64,000 nt of DNA from Microthyrium microscopicum. Taxonomy: Eukaryota. The stretch lies in the NCBI GenBank assembly GCA_010405405.1, contig MU004230.1, forward strand, positions 902,627-966,626. The letters are read 5' to 3'. Below, piece after piece: positions 1 to 13,661 of this stretch. The notes below the pieces were generated by a model. It did not search any database, was not told where the DNA came from, and saw only the letters and a program-made list of their open reading frames with translations. Positions within the stretch are counted from its first letter, which is position 1. The number at the start of each line of letters is the position of its first letter. Made by a program: the position numbers and the translations under genes.

Positions 1-654
1 CAAGACTCGTGCTTCTCTCCATCGGGCACAGAGACCCCGGAACGCAATGGAGATGCTTTGAAGTCTGCAGCTGGGGGTCGAAACCAAAGCATCGACAGTC
101 TGCAGCAGTTTACTATGCCACTCAAACCGCAAGCAGTCATTCCTCCACGCAAAGACTCTCTTGCTGCTCCAAAATCTAATGGCGCCTCTCGTCATTCGTC
201 TAGACCTCCTTCTCGTGGTGCAACTAAATCACCCAATCCAGCACGTTACACCATAATCCCACCTCATCAGCGCACTCCCTCTCAACCCATTCTCACGAGC
301 CGCTCTGCAGCTTCCAGTGTAATCAATCTGCCGGCTCGTCCGGCTACCAGAGATGCTTCTAGCACCCCACAACGTAGCCACCTTCCGAGCCTCAGTACCA
401 TGTCCCAAGGAAGTGCCCATCCTCCACTACCAATCAACTTCAGTCGCAAGATTGAAGACGCGACTTCACGACCAACAACTTCAGCAGGCATCAAGACGCC
501 CCAGCCACATATCTCTTCTCTTGCACAACAAAGACCATCAGACGTCACAGCTTTACCAACTTTACCATCAAAGAAGCATAGCATACGTCGTGTTTTAAGC
601 TCACTGAGCATGCGACGGCCCAAAACATCTCATAGCATTTCTGCTCGCGGTTAG
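1..654 (+). CDS. 3' part of a Ser/Pro/Thr-rich, probably disordered hypothetical protein (5'-truncated by the window)
   Basis: Frame is open from base 1 (QDSCFSPSG...) to TAG at 652-654; low-complexity composition; no recognisable domain. Confidence 0.7.
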   Translation, partial: QDSCFSPSGTETPERNGDALKSAAGGRNQSIDSLQQFTMPLKPQAVIPPRKDSLAAPKSNGASRHSSRPPSRGATKSPNPARYTIIPPHQRTPSQPILTSRSAASSVINLPARPATRDASSTPQRSHLPSLSTMSQGSAHPPLPINFSRKIEDATSRPTTSAGIKTPQPHISSLAQQRPSDVTALPTLPSKKHSIRRVLSSLSMRRPKTSHSISARG

Positions 655-1317
655 AGCCCATGGCGTCTACGCACCACATGAGCGCGGCTTTTGATCATGC
701 ATATTAACAATCCATGCCGTTACAACTTCCTAATTTAATACTGTATATATATCTCTTAGCCTCCAGCATGCTGGAATCATTACTGTAGACTCAGTCGGGG
801 CGCTGCCGAGCAGCTAGAAAAGTTTCCAAGGCCTTGTTAAAGGACATCTTAGAGGAGGGCAGGTTGCCTTCTGGCATAGAGAATTTTCAAAATGGAAAGT
901 GTCCAATATCTGATGAACAGATGTCGATCCACACATACGTTGAATCCTATGTACAATCAAATCCATACCACCTCATGACTCTGATTTTGTGATTATTTGA
1001 TTATTTCACATTGGCTGGGAGCAAGTAAACAGGCCTTGATAAAGAGCATCATTGATATTCGTGATAAGTAAAGTTTGGAACAGACTCAATCTTCTATAAC
1101 CATCTCGGCGCCTGCTCTTCCCTTTTTTGTATGACTGAGGCCGAAGCGCACTCTGCAGGCCTAATTGTCGTCCTCAGGCGGGATGATCTCAAGACCTTGC
1201 CAAGCACTGTAAGCTCGGGAGTCCCTGCTCGTATAGATATATCTCCCCATAGTCTATGAGATCCAGTGACGCATATCACGCCAGTATCAGCATATCCCCA
1301 CTCTTTCCCAGCCTGCA

Positions 1318-1698
1318 TCATTGATTCCGAAAACTCTTCTTCTGATAAAACAGATCCGTCCGCGAACTTCCCAAGTTGATAATTTTGGGACATCCATCTC
1401 TATCCTTCTCCAGCCGCGTACACTCAAAGCAGTAGAACGCATCACTTATTCCTTCTCCGCCGCACACTACGCACTTGTTTTGGTAGTTTCCAAAGGAACA
1501 TTCGTCGCAGATGCGCACGAGGGTTGTGGGGCGCACGTATGAGTCGCAGACGGGGCATTTGCCGTCGCATTTGTCGCAGAGGCGGCCGATTGCAATGCCG
1601 GATTGCTTGCGGCACATTACTAGATCGCTACGAAGGGCGTTAGTATCAGACGCTGCGCGGGGAAAGAGGGAGGGAACTTACGGGTGGTGGCGGGACAT
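1318..1698 (-). CDS. RDS3: PHF5A/Rds3 (SF3b14b) U2 snRNP zinc-cluster splicing factor
   Basis: Exon 1 MSRHHP (1698-1682), GTAAGT..TAG intron 1628-1681, then [33 protein letters not shown]...[17 protein letters not shown], the near-invariant PHF5 sequence. Confidence 0.97.
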
Positions 1699-2127
1699 AT
1701 TTATGATGGAGAGGATCGCAGACTAGTGGTGAGAGTGGAGATGTGTTTGCTTGATCTTGGGCGAGAACGAAGTATTCGGGTAGTTCACTATGGGGGGTCT
1801 GGTGAAGTGAGGTAAATTTTGCAGTGATATTGTTGTTGTGAAGTTGGTGGTTGAAGATGGAACTTTTTGGTGTTGAAGTCTTGGGGTCTTGAAGATAGAA
1901 ATTATAGCGCTAGTTCAACGTGCACGTGCCAAGGCTCCAGGTCGCCCCAAATCTTCAATTTGATAATCTCGATTCTCGATGATCATCTATTTCCAATTCA
2001 CTAATTATCCAATTCTACCGCTTTCTACACATTCTTCCCTTCGAAGCTTCTGGGTCAACAAGTGCACCATCGTACAGGACTTTATCCACTGCTAAATCAA
2101 CGTCATATCTGATCAATTCATCACATC

Positions 2128-3233
2128 ATGCTGGCCTCCGCGGTAGTCGTCCCGGATGCACCCCAGCCTATCGACGATTCTCCCGCTCCCATATCCCTCA
2201 AACGCCGTCAATTAGACCTCTCCGAACCCGACACTAAGCGTACACGATTAAGTCCTGATGAAACCGCCATGAAAACCGAAAGCAGAACGCAGTCTCCAGC
2301 TCCACCAGTACGCCCGAATGTAGACACTCGACGCATAGAACGCCGCCAAGTAGGCAAAGAGGAAGAACGCAAGCGTGGAAAACGCATGTTTGGTGCGTTA
2401 CTTGGCACGTTGGCTGGCGCAGGTACAAGAACAGGAGCAAATGTGCAGAAGAGACGGGCGGACATTGAGAGGAGAGCACAGGAGAAGCTGCGAGAGCAGG
2501 AAGAGAGTGATATGAATAGGGTGCGGGAGAGCGTTGAGGTTATTCGGAGAAGGCGCATGAGACAGCAATGGACGTTTGATGAACAGGCGGTATGATGGTC
2601 ACACCTTCGTTGCATTTGGAGAAAATGCTAATTTGTGGCGCGTAGTTGAAGACTCGACATCAGAATATGCTTGCGATGGCTCAGTTTCTACAGACTCACG
2701 CGGAACCTCGATTGGTATGTACTCTCATAGGGGTCTTGCAGCAACTGGCTTGGCTCTTATACAACTATTTGGCAATGCCCAACTCATTCTCTGGAACCTC
2801 TTGCTAATCAACCCAACAGTATTTCAAGCCATGGAAAATTACAACAGCGGACGAAGACGAAATAGATCAACAACTTCGAGATGCAGAAAGCAAGATTGAA
2901 GAAGAAGTTGAAGAGTTTGAACATCGTCGACGTCAAGCTCTCGATGAACTAGACGCTCTCGAGAAACTTGAGACAAACAATGGTAACACGCCGCAAGGCT
3001 CTGACAACAGCAAAGAAGAACCCTCAACAGAGGTGGGTGCTGAGCCGATTACCAAGTCCGAAGAAACCCATTCTCCAAATGATAATGCTTCTAACCTAGC
3101 TTCTACTACCGATGTGCCAGCAGCAGAGCCTATTGAGAAGGAGGAAATGTCAATAGTTCCTAGAGAAGAACTGATGGATGAGCACCAAGGCGAAACCGTG
3201 GTCGAAGCAGACGAAGATACGGTAATATACTAA
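2128..3233 (+). CDS. Pinin/SDK/memA-domain protein
   Basis: EERKRGKRMFGALLGTL motif; introns at ~2590-2645 and ~2715-2819 join LKTRHQNMLAMAQFLQTHAEPRL/YFKPWK; acidic tail ends VEADEDTVIY. Confidence 0.85.
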
Positions 3234-4522
3234 CTTGGATCCAGTCAGTCAAACGGGCTATGATGTACGATAACGCCGGCATAGTTGACCAGCATGGTCA
3301 GACTGCATTAATAGTAGTACCATTTCCATTTCACGTGCGAGTTGACAAGGCTCGCCGTTCTTCCATTGTATGAATATCGTTCAAAAGATGGTTGTCAACA
3401 TACTCAACGACATGTCCTACCCCTGCAGGCTGTGGAGTTGGAGAATTTGACTGCAAATGATGAATGTGTCCATTTCGAGACTGACCAGCTCACGTCTTCA
3501 AACAACATTCGGGTATAGGAATTTCTAGAGCTACAGTATGAATGTTGACGGAGAAGTTGCCTCCAATGGAAAGCTTCCCATGGTGGGGTTCTGCATGATG
3601 CATGCTCTGCTTCAAATGTCTTGGAGCTTAGAACCCTGGAAGCTCGCAACTTGATACCAGGTTCATCTTGTTCAAAAGCTCCATGGTTCTGATTTGGAGC
3701 AAGCGGTGATATCTTGATCCAGCCATGCCAGCTCGTTTAAGAGAGGCGGAATGATACGACATCTAACCACGTTGGACTAGCTCCGGCCTCTTGCTGGAAA
3801 TGGTAACAGGTAGCTTTTTAGGAAGCAGAGACATGTCGTTGTTTGGTTGTGTTAGTACATACCGGTAGTACTCTCTAGCCTTAAAACTTTGGAACCAACC
3901 ATAGCGGTGACACCGAGGTTAAACGGAACGAAGCTTGTGCTCACTTCCGACCCTCAACCCTGCCCTGTCCTTCAGCGTTATGTTTTCGAGTCAAAGCGGA
4001 GAGAGCACTCGAAAGAGGAAGACTTTCGTCTTACCAGGTACTACTAGTATACATTCGCCTCGTATATCAATGCTGTTGTAACGTCGCCCAGCGCACAAAA
4101 CGTTGAGCGTCGCCTTTGACGTCGCCCGTTATTCGACAACCGCAGTCATCACTCATCACCAATTGACTACACGCCACTGCGACCTAGTAATATCGCGGTA
4201 TCAAAAGCCCCAGAAGCCGTCCGGGTACTTTCTTCCTCCCGCTGCAAAGTGCCGGCAGCGACACCCTCTTGGAGCCGCCTAGCAACCTACAGCAAGCTAA
4301 GCTAGCACCGCAGTGCCGACAGTCTGGGATAACTTCGACTGCCTAGTTTACAGCTCTCAGCGGCCGTATCGCCGACTACTTGAACCCAGTTTTGAATTTC
4401 AGCTTGGTTGTGTGCCCACAACTACGAGGCGACCGCCTTTTCAAACGAAAGCTCGCCCTGAGAATCAACCATCCCTCCAGGCTAATTATACCCTAGCATT
4501 TCTTTGCAAAGGTCAAAAGAAC

Positions 4523-6087
4523 ATGGCATCTGCAGTACCGAGACCGGCTGCGCTGGATTTTCCTAGCGATGAGCGCTTTGAGCATCGCTATGAGCAGGTA
4601 AATGGTGTTCGATATCACTACCTGTATGCCGAGCCCAAGGACGGCAATATCAAGGCTACCGTTGTCCTGGTAAGTTAGCCGCCTGCAAGCAGCTTGTGCA
4701 GAAAATAGAAAAGCTACCTTAGTTTTCCCCTTGCTTTGCTACGTACTGTTTTATCCGTAGATAACAAGAGGATTTTTGCTGAATGGGTTTATTTCCGCCC
4801 TGGTGTAGATTCATGGCTGGCCGGACATTTCTGCTGGTTGGCGCTATCAAATTCCCGTCTTCCTGGAACTAGGATGTCGAGTTATCGCCCCTGATATGAT
4901 GGGTTATGGAGGAACTGTAAGCTCACAACCTCCCCAGCTGTTACGCATGTGATTGTGCTCATGATAATTTCGTTAGGATGCTCCGACTGTTCCACCAAAT
5001 GACATCAGACTGTATTCCATGAAACGTGCTGCAGATGATATTCAACAGCTGCTACAACAGCTAGGTATCAACAGAATTATCCTGGGTGGCCATGATTGGT
5101 AGTTCTCTCTCTTCGCTTTTCTCCCCTGATAACTAACACCGAGTTTTATCATAGGGGTGGCATGGTAATATGGCGAACTGTTCTTTGGCATCCAGAACTG
5201 GTAAGTCGAGGAGTATGATATGGCGACTTCTTAGCATGCCTAATCATATCAGGTGTCGCATGTGTTCTCAGTTTGCACGCCATATACGACACCAACAAGT
5301 TCATACATCTCTACTGAAGATATGGTCAAGGGCCCTGCGCCCCAGTTTGGTTATCAAATTCACTTGGCAAGCGGTGAAGTAGAGAAAAAGCTTACCTCCA
5401 GAGAGGATATTCGCCAATTCCTTCGAGGAATGTACGGTGGCCGAGGACCCAATAGGGAAGTGGTTTTCTCACCCTTTACAGGGGTTTTGTTTGTAAGGCT
5501 GGGCAAACTCACCTCTATATCACCAAGTGCTCATGATTGTTTAGGAAAATATCTCTAAAGTTGGCCCATCGCCAATCATTACTGAGCGGGTATGTTCAGC
5601 CTAATAGCATTACGAAATTGGGAACTTGCGCTGACGGAGCTGTAGGAGTTGGACTACTATGCAGACCAATGGCATCGTACTGGAGTTCATGGTCCTCTGA
5701 ATTGGTATCGGACCAGAAAAGGTATGCGAGCCAAAGCAATGACGTGTTTCAGCGTGGGAGAGATCACTGACAATTGTTGATAGTGAATTATGAAGATGAG
5801 CTGGAACTTGATCCTACCACCAAGATCAAAATGCCAGCACTTATGATCAGCGCCAGCAAAGACGCAGTGTTGAAGCCCGAGATGGCAGCCAAGATGGGTA
5901 TGATTCAACTTTCGGATATACAGAGCTACTCGACTAATGAGTGGATGCAGGGCAACACTTTGAGAATCTAACCTCCTGCGAGGTAAACGCTGGACATTGG
6001 GCTCTCTGGGAAGCTGCTGAAGAAGTAAATGATGTTTTGAGGGAATGGTTTGCGGCCCAAATCTTCAAATCCAAGTCTACTTTGTGA
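4523..6087 (+). CDS. Soluble epoxide hydrolase-like alpha/beta hydrolase (about 8 introns)
   Basis: Spliced motifs HGWP, APDMMGYGGT, GGHDWGG (nucleophile Asp), GPLNWYR and GHWALWE; ends KSKSTL-TGA. Confidence 0.9.
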
Positions 6088-8217
6088 TTGAGGTGTAGTA
6101 TCAAAATAACACGAGTCGTAAAACGTAGACTCAACTCATCCACTCGGGTCCTTTGAATCAGAGCCTTCATACCTTACGTGCATTTGCTACCTCATGCAGT
6201 ATAATGATGCCCAAAAGGCCTTTGATATCGTGTCATCTGCACTGGGCGTAACTATCCGCGGTGCATTATCTTGCTTAACGCTTAGAAATGAGCAATCGGA
6301 GCGCCCGTAATCTTCCCTCAAGGCACAGAACACATATTTGGCAAGAAATCAAATAATGGAAATCATTGAGCGATGCGCTGGCAATAGCTCGGAATGAACT
6401 TATGATGCTGTTGGTCTAAACCAAGGCGACAAGGCCGTCAGTACCAGTGACTTTGATCCATGATGAATGCAAGCTATATCCAATGGGCTACCCGTCCGCG
6501 GAACTTGCATACGAAGTGTCCAATGGCGGCTTAGCGTACTGGGCATCTGCATAAGCTTCACCCGACAGCCTGGGTCGCCTGGAGCTTTGGATTGACATTG
6601 GCGCATGGTTCCAGACTTGGAAATAAACAGCTGCCTTTGAAGAGAACGTGCAAGTTTCATGCTGTCAAATATAGGATAAGAAGCTCTGACATAATCAAAT
6701 ATTGTCGTGAGTTCGGTGATTGCTGGCGCAGGGTGAGTTTCCGGCTCGACTGATAGAATGTGGAGAGGAATGATTTTGCTTAGTGATTGACTCACTCACT
6801 GGTGCCAGTGCCAGTGTAACTGCCCTCGACAGGCTGACCTAGAGATAGGTTTAGTGGAGCCTTGCCAATTTCCCAGAACCCTGGGAGATCTCGAAGCCCT
6901 GAGCTACTTCATGCAATGCGGTTCGATGTGAAAACTAGCGTGAGCTCACGCACAGGTGGACAAACGGAACCTTTTCCTGCCTCGCACTTCCGATCGTTTT
7001 CGTGCTGCCCAGTCTTGGAAGAAAAGAGAAGCGACTGGCTGGATCATCATTGACGAGCAACAAGATGTTGTTATTGAGCCTAAGCAAGCTCTATCCCGGG
7101 TATCATCCGTTTAGCCTGGCCTAGAACGTAGTCCAGTCCGAAAGTCAGAAGTTCAAACACGAGTTATTCAGAGCTCAAATCATTGTGCGTTCGTGAAATT
7201 AAGCCGTCAGGTCTCAAAAGAATTCCTATTCGAGATATGAAGCTGTCAAACTGACAGCTGAAAGATTAGTGTAGCTCCAGCTAGAAGGGAACGATGCCGG
7301 CATCTTCCTGCCTGTACCGAGGTGTTGGAAAAGGCGGCGTAGCTGTCCGTATTGTTGAATCTCTTCCAATAGAATATTCTTATACTCGAATTTGAGTGGC
7401 AACTGCACAGTTCTTGAGGTGCATAGTCAGCAAAAAGTACCCATTGTTCTACACCGGCTTAGAACGGCAAAGTGACGATATGCTTCCAAGCTCCAAGCTG
7501 ATCAAGGGTAATTGCTCCATGATATCATCCACATGTTCTACTTCTCTCACATCTTTGGCTCGCTAAGTAGCAGTGGTGGGGCTTTCTGCTGCAGCTCGAG
7601 TAGGATGAGCGGTGCAAGGCGACTAGAGAAAGTGAGAAACTGATCGCCATGGGCCTTTTGGTCCTATGAAAGATATGTTGAATCCAGGGCATGTCCCCAG
7701 TAGTTTGGGTGCACCTGGATCCTAACCGCATTGGTAGAACCGGCAAACAACCGATCGAAAGAACCGGCCCGTACCAGGTCTACCTGTGTAGTCGCCCGAC
7801 GCACGCTTTCCAGGCCGCGTTATCGCTGTTTCACAAGCAGTAAAGATAGACAGCCAGCCAATAGAGAAAGAAGCAGAGTCGTAAAGGCTGATAGTGGACC
7901 CAAGTTGAGACCTTTTGAGATCAACAACTGGCCATGACATCGGGTGCTTGGAAGTGACTGGGTTGTGTCTTGAACGAACTATTCCGAAAGGTGCATATCA
8001 AGTTCCAATCCAGGGGATTTCAACAGCCTCTAGACATATGCCGTGGTGATTGTGCCGCCACCACGCAATGGGTCAAAGATAAGGATTCTTGATGCTTTGG
8101 CGGTCCAGAATGATATAATTTCCCCCGCGACTCTCGTGGGGGAAGGTCATCTTTCATCGATATCTTGTGATAATTCTTCGTTTTGGCCCTTTGATCCTTG
8201 CTCAACTCTGTGATAAA

Positions 8218-9614
8218 ATGGCACCCGGAGCTTTCATTGACTTGTTCCAACCAATCGCGGTCCAGCATTCTGCTAAAAGCTCTTCAGTTCAGGCATCGGT
8301 CCTCGTTGGCCCTAGGAATTTGCAGCTGGTATGACGGTTCCTGCATATATTTCCCCCGTGTCATCTGATTTGTGACTGCATCGGACTGTTTTTGGCCAAT
8401 AGTGTCAGACGTTTGCTAACTTTCAGCCAGGAATATCGGCACCTTCCTGAGCCTGCGTCTGGTGAGCTCCAGATTGCTATCAAGTACACTGGCGTCTGTG
8501 GTAGTGATGTCTCGTACTACAAAAAGTTCTGCAATGGTGATCTCAAAGCCGTCGGACCATTGACTCTGGGCCATGAGTCTAGTGGAGTTGTAGAGGCCAT
8601 TGGCGAGGGTGTCACTGGCTTCCACGTTGGTGATAGAGTTGCCCTTGAGGTCGGAGTGCCTTGCGATTCCTGTCGAGCTTGCCAAAAAGGTCGATACAAC
8701 CTCTGTCCAAAAATGCGATTTCGTAGCAGTGCGAAATCGATCCCTCACTTCCAAGGTACTCTACAACAAAAACTCAACCATCCAGCCAAGTGGTGTCATA
8801 AGTATGAAAACATCTTATGCTGGGCTGAGCCAAAAGCTAATTTCTTATAGAATACCAGCTCATGTTTCCCTTGAGGCTGCAGCAATGTTGGAACCGCTGG
8901 CGGTTGCCATACATGCAACGCGGAGAGCATCAATCGAGCCAGGCGACACTGCAATAGTGTTCGGTGCTGGTACTGTTGGACTCCTCACTGCAGCCATGGC
9001 TCAAATCAGTGGTGCGAGTAATGTCCTCATTGCCGATCTGGATGCTGGCCGAGTAGCATATGCCCTCAACAACCGTTTCGCAACCAAAGGCTTCGTAGTG
9101 GAAGCACCAAATTACACAGGGTCAACAGAAGACAAGATTCGATTTGCTCAGGAGCTTGCCGATGACGTTGTGACAGAAGCATTTAAAGGTCGTGAAGCTT
9201 TTGATGATTTGCAAGGTGCTGATGTTGTCTTTGATTGCACTGGAAAAGAGATGTGTGTCCAAGCTGGTTTATTCGTAAGTTTTCTAGTAACACCCGTGTT
9301 TCATCGAAACTAATATTTCAAAGGCGGCAAGGCCTGGTGGTCAGTTAGTCATGGTCGGCATGGGCACACCAATTCAAACTCTTCAGATGTCCGCTGCTCA
9401 TTTGAAAGAAGTCGATATTATCGGCATATTCAGATATTGTGGCACCTATGCAACTGGAATAAGGCTCCTTTCGTCTGGTGTGCTTCCTGGGCTGGAAGAC
9501 ATGATCACACATCGATTCAAAGGCTTGGCTTCAACACAAGAGGCGATGGAGCTTGCCAGTCGAACAGTGGATGATAAGGGGAATCTGGTACTGAAGGTTC
9601 TGATTGAAGCTTAA
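8218..9614 (+). CDS. Zn-dependent polyol (sorbitol/xylitol-type) dehydrogenase, MDR family
   Basis: GVCGSD, GHE, CDSCRAC..C structural Zn site, EPLAVA, GAGTVG, GIFRY; three GT-AG introns. Confidence 0.9.
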
Positions 9615-10749
9615 TGATGGATTTTAATGCGTCTCAGCGGGATCTACCTTAGATATAGAAGGCGTCGGAGCATCCAGCATGGTGCGTGATTTTTTTGCAT
9701 TTAGATACCAAACCTTCGGAAATCCAGATAATTCCTGAATCTGACAAATGAAATTGAGTCAGTTCTCTTGTGCCCGATAACACAGCTGCAGGACGGTGTG
9801 GACAAACGCGAGCTTCCCGGTTTGCAGGCGTAAAGATCTGGGGTTTCAGCTGCAGCCATCCCATTGAAGAAGTCACAATGCACTTATACAACACCTTATA
9901 TGCTGCTTTGATCATGAGGACATGAATTCAAGGGCATTGATGGACCTTTCTCCACTTCTAGACCTGTAGGCAGAATGAGCGGTGTGCATAGCTTCGTTGA
10001 TTATACCTCAGATGCTGCCTTGCTCTCTACAGAAGGCGATGAGCATCCCGGAACGTACAGCGCTTCCAGAGCAACGATGATGCTTAGTTCTTGGAGTATG
10101 CGAACGGTATTATGCACCCCATAGTGCTTTGCCAATAGTCATGCTCAATGATACGTCTCGAAGTAGGTGCAGTCCTATACGCTGAGAGACATGAGTAAGG
10201 CCGCAGATAGCTTGCAAGCTGCAATAACGAATACCTGGAGACTCTTTCATTTCTCGGCAACAGTATCTGACGATTGCCGAGATGTATGATGGTAAGCTCC
10301 TCGTGCCTAGCTCCTGGCAAGCATCACAGCCAGTATTCCACATTTGCCTTGCTCTTGCATCGAAGTCTCCAGACGACATAATAGATAGACTCTTGTTTCT
10401 CGGTCATATCTCTAAATTTGAGATTTTAATAAATCAGACGTGTGTTGGTGTTGGATGGCTGTCAATTGCGTGTTTCGGCATCTGAAGTTAAGAAGTACTA
10501 GACGGTTATATATGATAAAGCGTCAGCTCATGGCGAAAGGGCCCTGTTAAAGTGCAGTGGTAGCCACGCCACAAGCGCCACGACACGCGGACATTGTGGA
10601 CTATTAACCCCTCGCCTTCTCTGATATCAAATCCAGAGACAACGATCCAACTGAGCAACGATTTCTCATTTATTGACTCTGACTGCCCTTCCAAATCAAA
10701 CCTATTCCCTCCATTCGAAACCTTTGATCCTATCCCAACATAATACGTC

Positions 10750-11364
10750 ATGTCAACAACCGCACGCCGCCGTCTCATGCGCGACTTCAAGGTACGCCAT
10801 CTTCAGGAAGCCTGGAAGAACGAGCTAACAGTGTGAAGCGCATGCAAATGGATCCTCCTGCTGGAATATCCGCCTCGCCAGTATCGGACAATGTAATGAC
10901 ATGGTGAGAAACCCGCTTAATACTCATCAACGCGGTCAGATCGCTTACATTGGTGTCTTGTAGGAATGCCGTCATCATCGGTCCAACCGACACACCTTTC
11001 GAAGACGGAACCTTTCGTCTGGTTATGACTTTCGAAGAAACATATCCAAACAAACCGCCAGGCGTCAAATTCGTATCGCAAATGTTCCATCCCAATGTTT
11101 ATGCCACCGGCGAACTGTGCTTGGACATCCTCCAGAACCGCTGGAGTCCGACATACGATGTGGCGGCTATATTGACCAGCATCCAAAGGTACAAGACCTG
11201 GTACTATACATCGATTTGTCTTCTAACACATTGGTTTTAGTTTGCTTAATGATCCAAACACGAACAGCCCGGCCAACGTAGAAGCCTCCAACCTATACAA
11301 AGATAACAAGAAGGAATACGAGAAGCGCGTACGAGAGATAGTAGAGAAGAGCTGGGAGGACTGA
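10750..11364 (+). CDS. RAD6: Ubiquitin-conjugating enzyme Rad6/Ubc2
   Basis: [14 protein letters not shown]...[26 protein letters not shown]...VEKSWED; three introns. Confidence 0.97.
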
Positions 11365-12353
11365 TGGCTTCTGAGCGTTAGATTGGTTTCTCATTGGCGT
11401 ATCGGAGCAGATCTGGTTTAATGTAGCTGCTCTCAGAATACCCATGCTTTTATTTGCATAGCCCGGAAAGGAGTTAGGCTTTCTCATTGAGATTCGACAA
11501 TCTGGTCTATGAGAGAGAATGATCAGGACGATTGTGTAGATAATATGGACCTTGAACTTCTACTATTTCACAAAGACTAGACACTCCCTGTAATCAACAG
11601 CTACACTTTTCTTGGGCCTATTACGATAGATAAGTCAATCTGGGGAATACAACCTTGGGTGGTCATGTATGACATAACCTCATCTGGTCATCCAGGATAG
11701 TTCTTGATTCTCAGCAATTTGAATCGCTCCGTCGCTGATTTATGTTCTTCACTCACAGCTAATGCTCTTTCTTGTCCCACTTATTAGAAACTTTGCACAA
11801 TAATGATTCAAATATCTTACCTTGAGCTTGGTACCATCCACGGAGTACAAACATTGAGCAGGATCGCTGTAAAACAATATCTAGGCTTGTGATATTGTAA
11901 GAAATCAAATATTGAAAGGATGAAATTTCTTTGCGTATGCTACTAATCGTCGAGAGTTATATGTTACCATAGCAGCATAAGAGACTTTATTACAAGATAG
12001 ATGCCCGTCTTGGAAGGATGACTGGCTTATCGCCCCTCTCAAGCTAGAGAGATCGAGAAGACTTGAATCTTTTGGGTGCGGTATCGGAATGTGTATGAAA
12101 ATGAACAGTCCACGAGGTTTGTGTAGTACGGACTCAAGCTTGGATTTACTGATCTTCTCAAGATGAAGCGACAACGACTGGAATGGATTACATGATCTAA
12201 AAAGAAACAGGATGTCGATAAACTCGTAATTCCAATGACTCCCAAGGTAAAAATGCTGGGGTATCTTTAAAATCTTAGATGCTATCATCCCTTATATACC
12301 AGCAACGCCAAGGCATGCAAAATGAAATCACACCAGTGCTATAATCCGCGTCA

Positions 12354-13139
12354 TTATGTGTCTGAGGAGTTATGTCTTGTGCGTTTAGCGGACTCTCTTC
12401 CCGGTGGTGAAGCTCGAGAGTGATGATCTGAGTGGGGCAGATGTCGCCGTTTGGCACCAGCTCCAGGTCCTAAATGTCCCGCGACTTTCGGTTTGGCAGG
12501 CAGTTTTGTGGAAGCTTCAAACATGAATGGTATTTCCCGGTTGGGCGTTGATGTAGAATATGTATTCGCAGGGGGTAGGTGGTTCTGGTGGGTATTATCG
12601 ACAACTGGTAAAGTTGGATGGGGCGCTGTGAATGTGAAGATGGGATGAATGAGTGAGCCACTTGTGGATGCAACACTCTTCGGTGCTGGTGGTGATTGTT
12701 GTCGCGCGTCGACTGGCTCAGTATCGAGGCTTCGGCTTTGTTGTTCTCGAGTTGTTGTTGGTTCGGTGATGGGTGGCATAGGAATTGGTGATGAAGATCC
12801 TCGCGGAGATACATCCTCTTGGGCTTTCTTCTCCACGCTTGCATTATTGCCCGATTCTGATTTTTCTGTGCCCTCCAATCCTTGGTAAAGCTGCATTACA
12901 AGCTGTCTCACTCGCCAGCCTTCGCCTTCCTGCAGTCCCAGATTCTCTCTGTCCATTTCGGCGAGCAGTTCTTCCAGCGCCTCCTTCGCTCCAGTAGAAT
13001 AAGCTCGGTCAACTTCGGCAGACGCATCCTTATAAAGAGTCGTGAGAGCACATGCTGTATCTCTGAAGGGTTGGAGGAGCTCGTTTCTGCGTGAAGAGGC
13101 GAGTGGGAGGGACCCACGGAGGCCTCGCATAGAATCCAT
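12354..13139 (-). CDS. Fungal hypothetical protein (helical N-terminus, disordered C-terminus)
   Basis: Intronless 261-aa ORF; MDSMRGL..SLP...ELLQPFRDTACALTTLYK start resembles a Pezizomycotina hypothetical family; basic KRR motifs near the C-terminus. Confidence 0.75.
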   Translation of the reverse strand: MDSMRGLRGSLPLASSRRNELLQPFRDTACALTTLYKDASAEVDRAYSTGAKEALEELLAEMDRENLGLQEGEGWRVRQLVMQLYQGLEGTEKSESGNNASVEKKAQEDVSPRGSSSPIPMPPITEPTTTREQQSRSLDTEPVDARQQSPPAPKSVASTSGSLIHPIFTFTAPHPTLPVVDNTHQNHLPPANTYSTSTPNREIPFMFEASTKLPAKPKVAGHLGPGAGAKRRHLPHSDHHSRASPPGRESAKRTRHNSSDT

Positions 13140-13661
13140 GTTGATGAGCGATGGTCACCAAATTGGCTATATTCGCGTTCTATATGTTCTTGATGATAGA
13201 AACAAGAGCGAGCGGAGCGAGCGGTAGTAAGGTAGGTTGATAGAGTGAAGTTGTAGTGTTAAAAGGTTGAAAGTTAATGGAGGCAACGTGAGCCTAGCAC
13301 GTCTTCAGGCATCTGGGCGGCACCTCGGGATCATGCATTTGTTGTCATTCAGCGTAGTCTGTGCGTTGCGCTAGTCTGAGCTTTCGTCGCCCGCCTATAA
13401 GGCTGACTACATCACATGAGAAGGCTGAAATGAGCAAAGAAATGTGACTTACTACTTAGGTATGTTAGTAGCTCATGTTTCTGACACTGAATTTCGTAAT
13501 CACCGCATAGGTATATAGTTTCAATATTATGCATAACTGGTGGACAAGTTTTGTCATCGTGACATTGTAGCACAACTAAAGTGTACCATTGCTAGTAACC
13601 AAAAATTATGAACACCCCCAAGTAAAACAAACCCTCCAGGAGTGTGGCCAACACCATTGAC

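Noticed and set aside
3405..3841. 12-bp inverted repeat CAACGACATGTC/GACATGTCGTTG as a MITE
   Set aside because: Short, partly self-palindromic and without a target-site duplication; compatible with chance.
6076..6087. Peroxisomal PTS1 on the epoxide hydrolase (-STL)
   Set aside because: Lacks the basic middle residue of the canonical signal; cannot be supported from sequence alone.
6100..8200. Gene or pseudogene in the 2-kb gap upstream of the polyol dehydrogenase
   Set aside because: Only short unconnected ORFs with no recognisable motif or consistent splice model.
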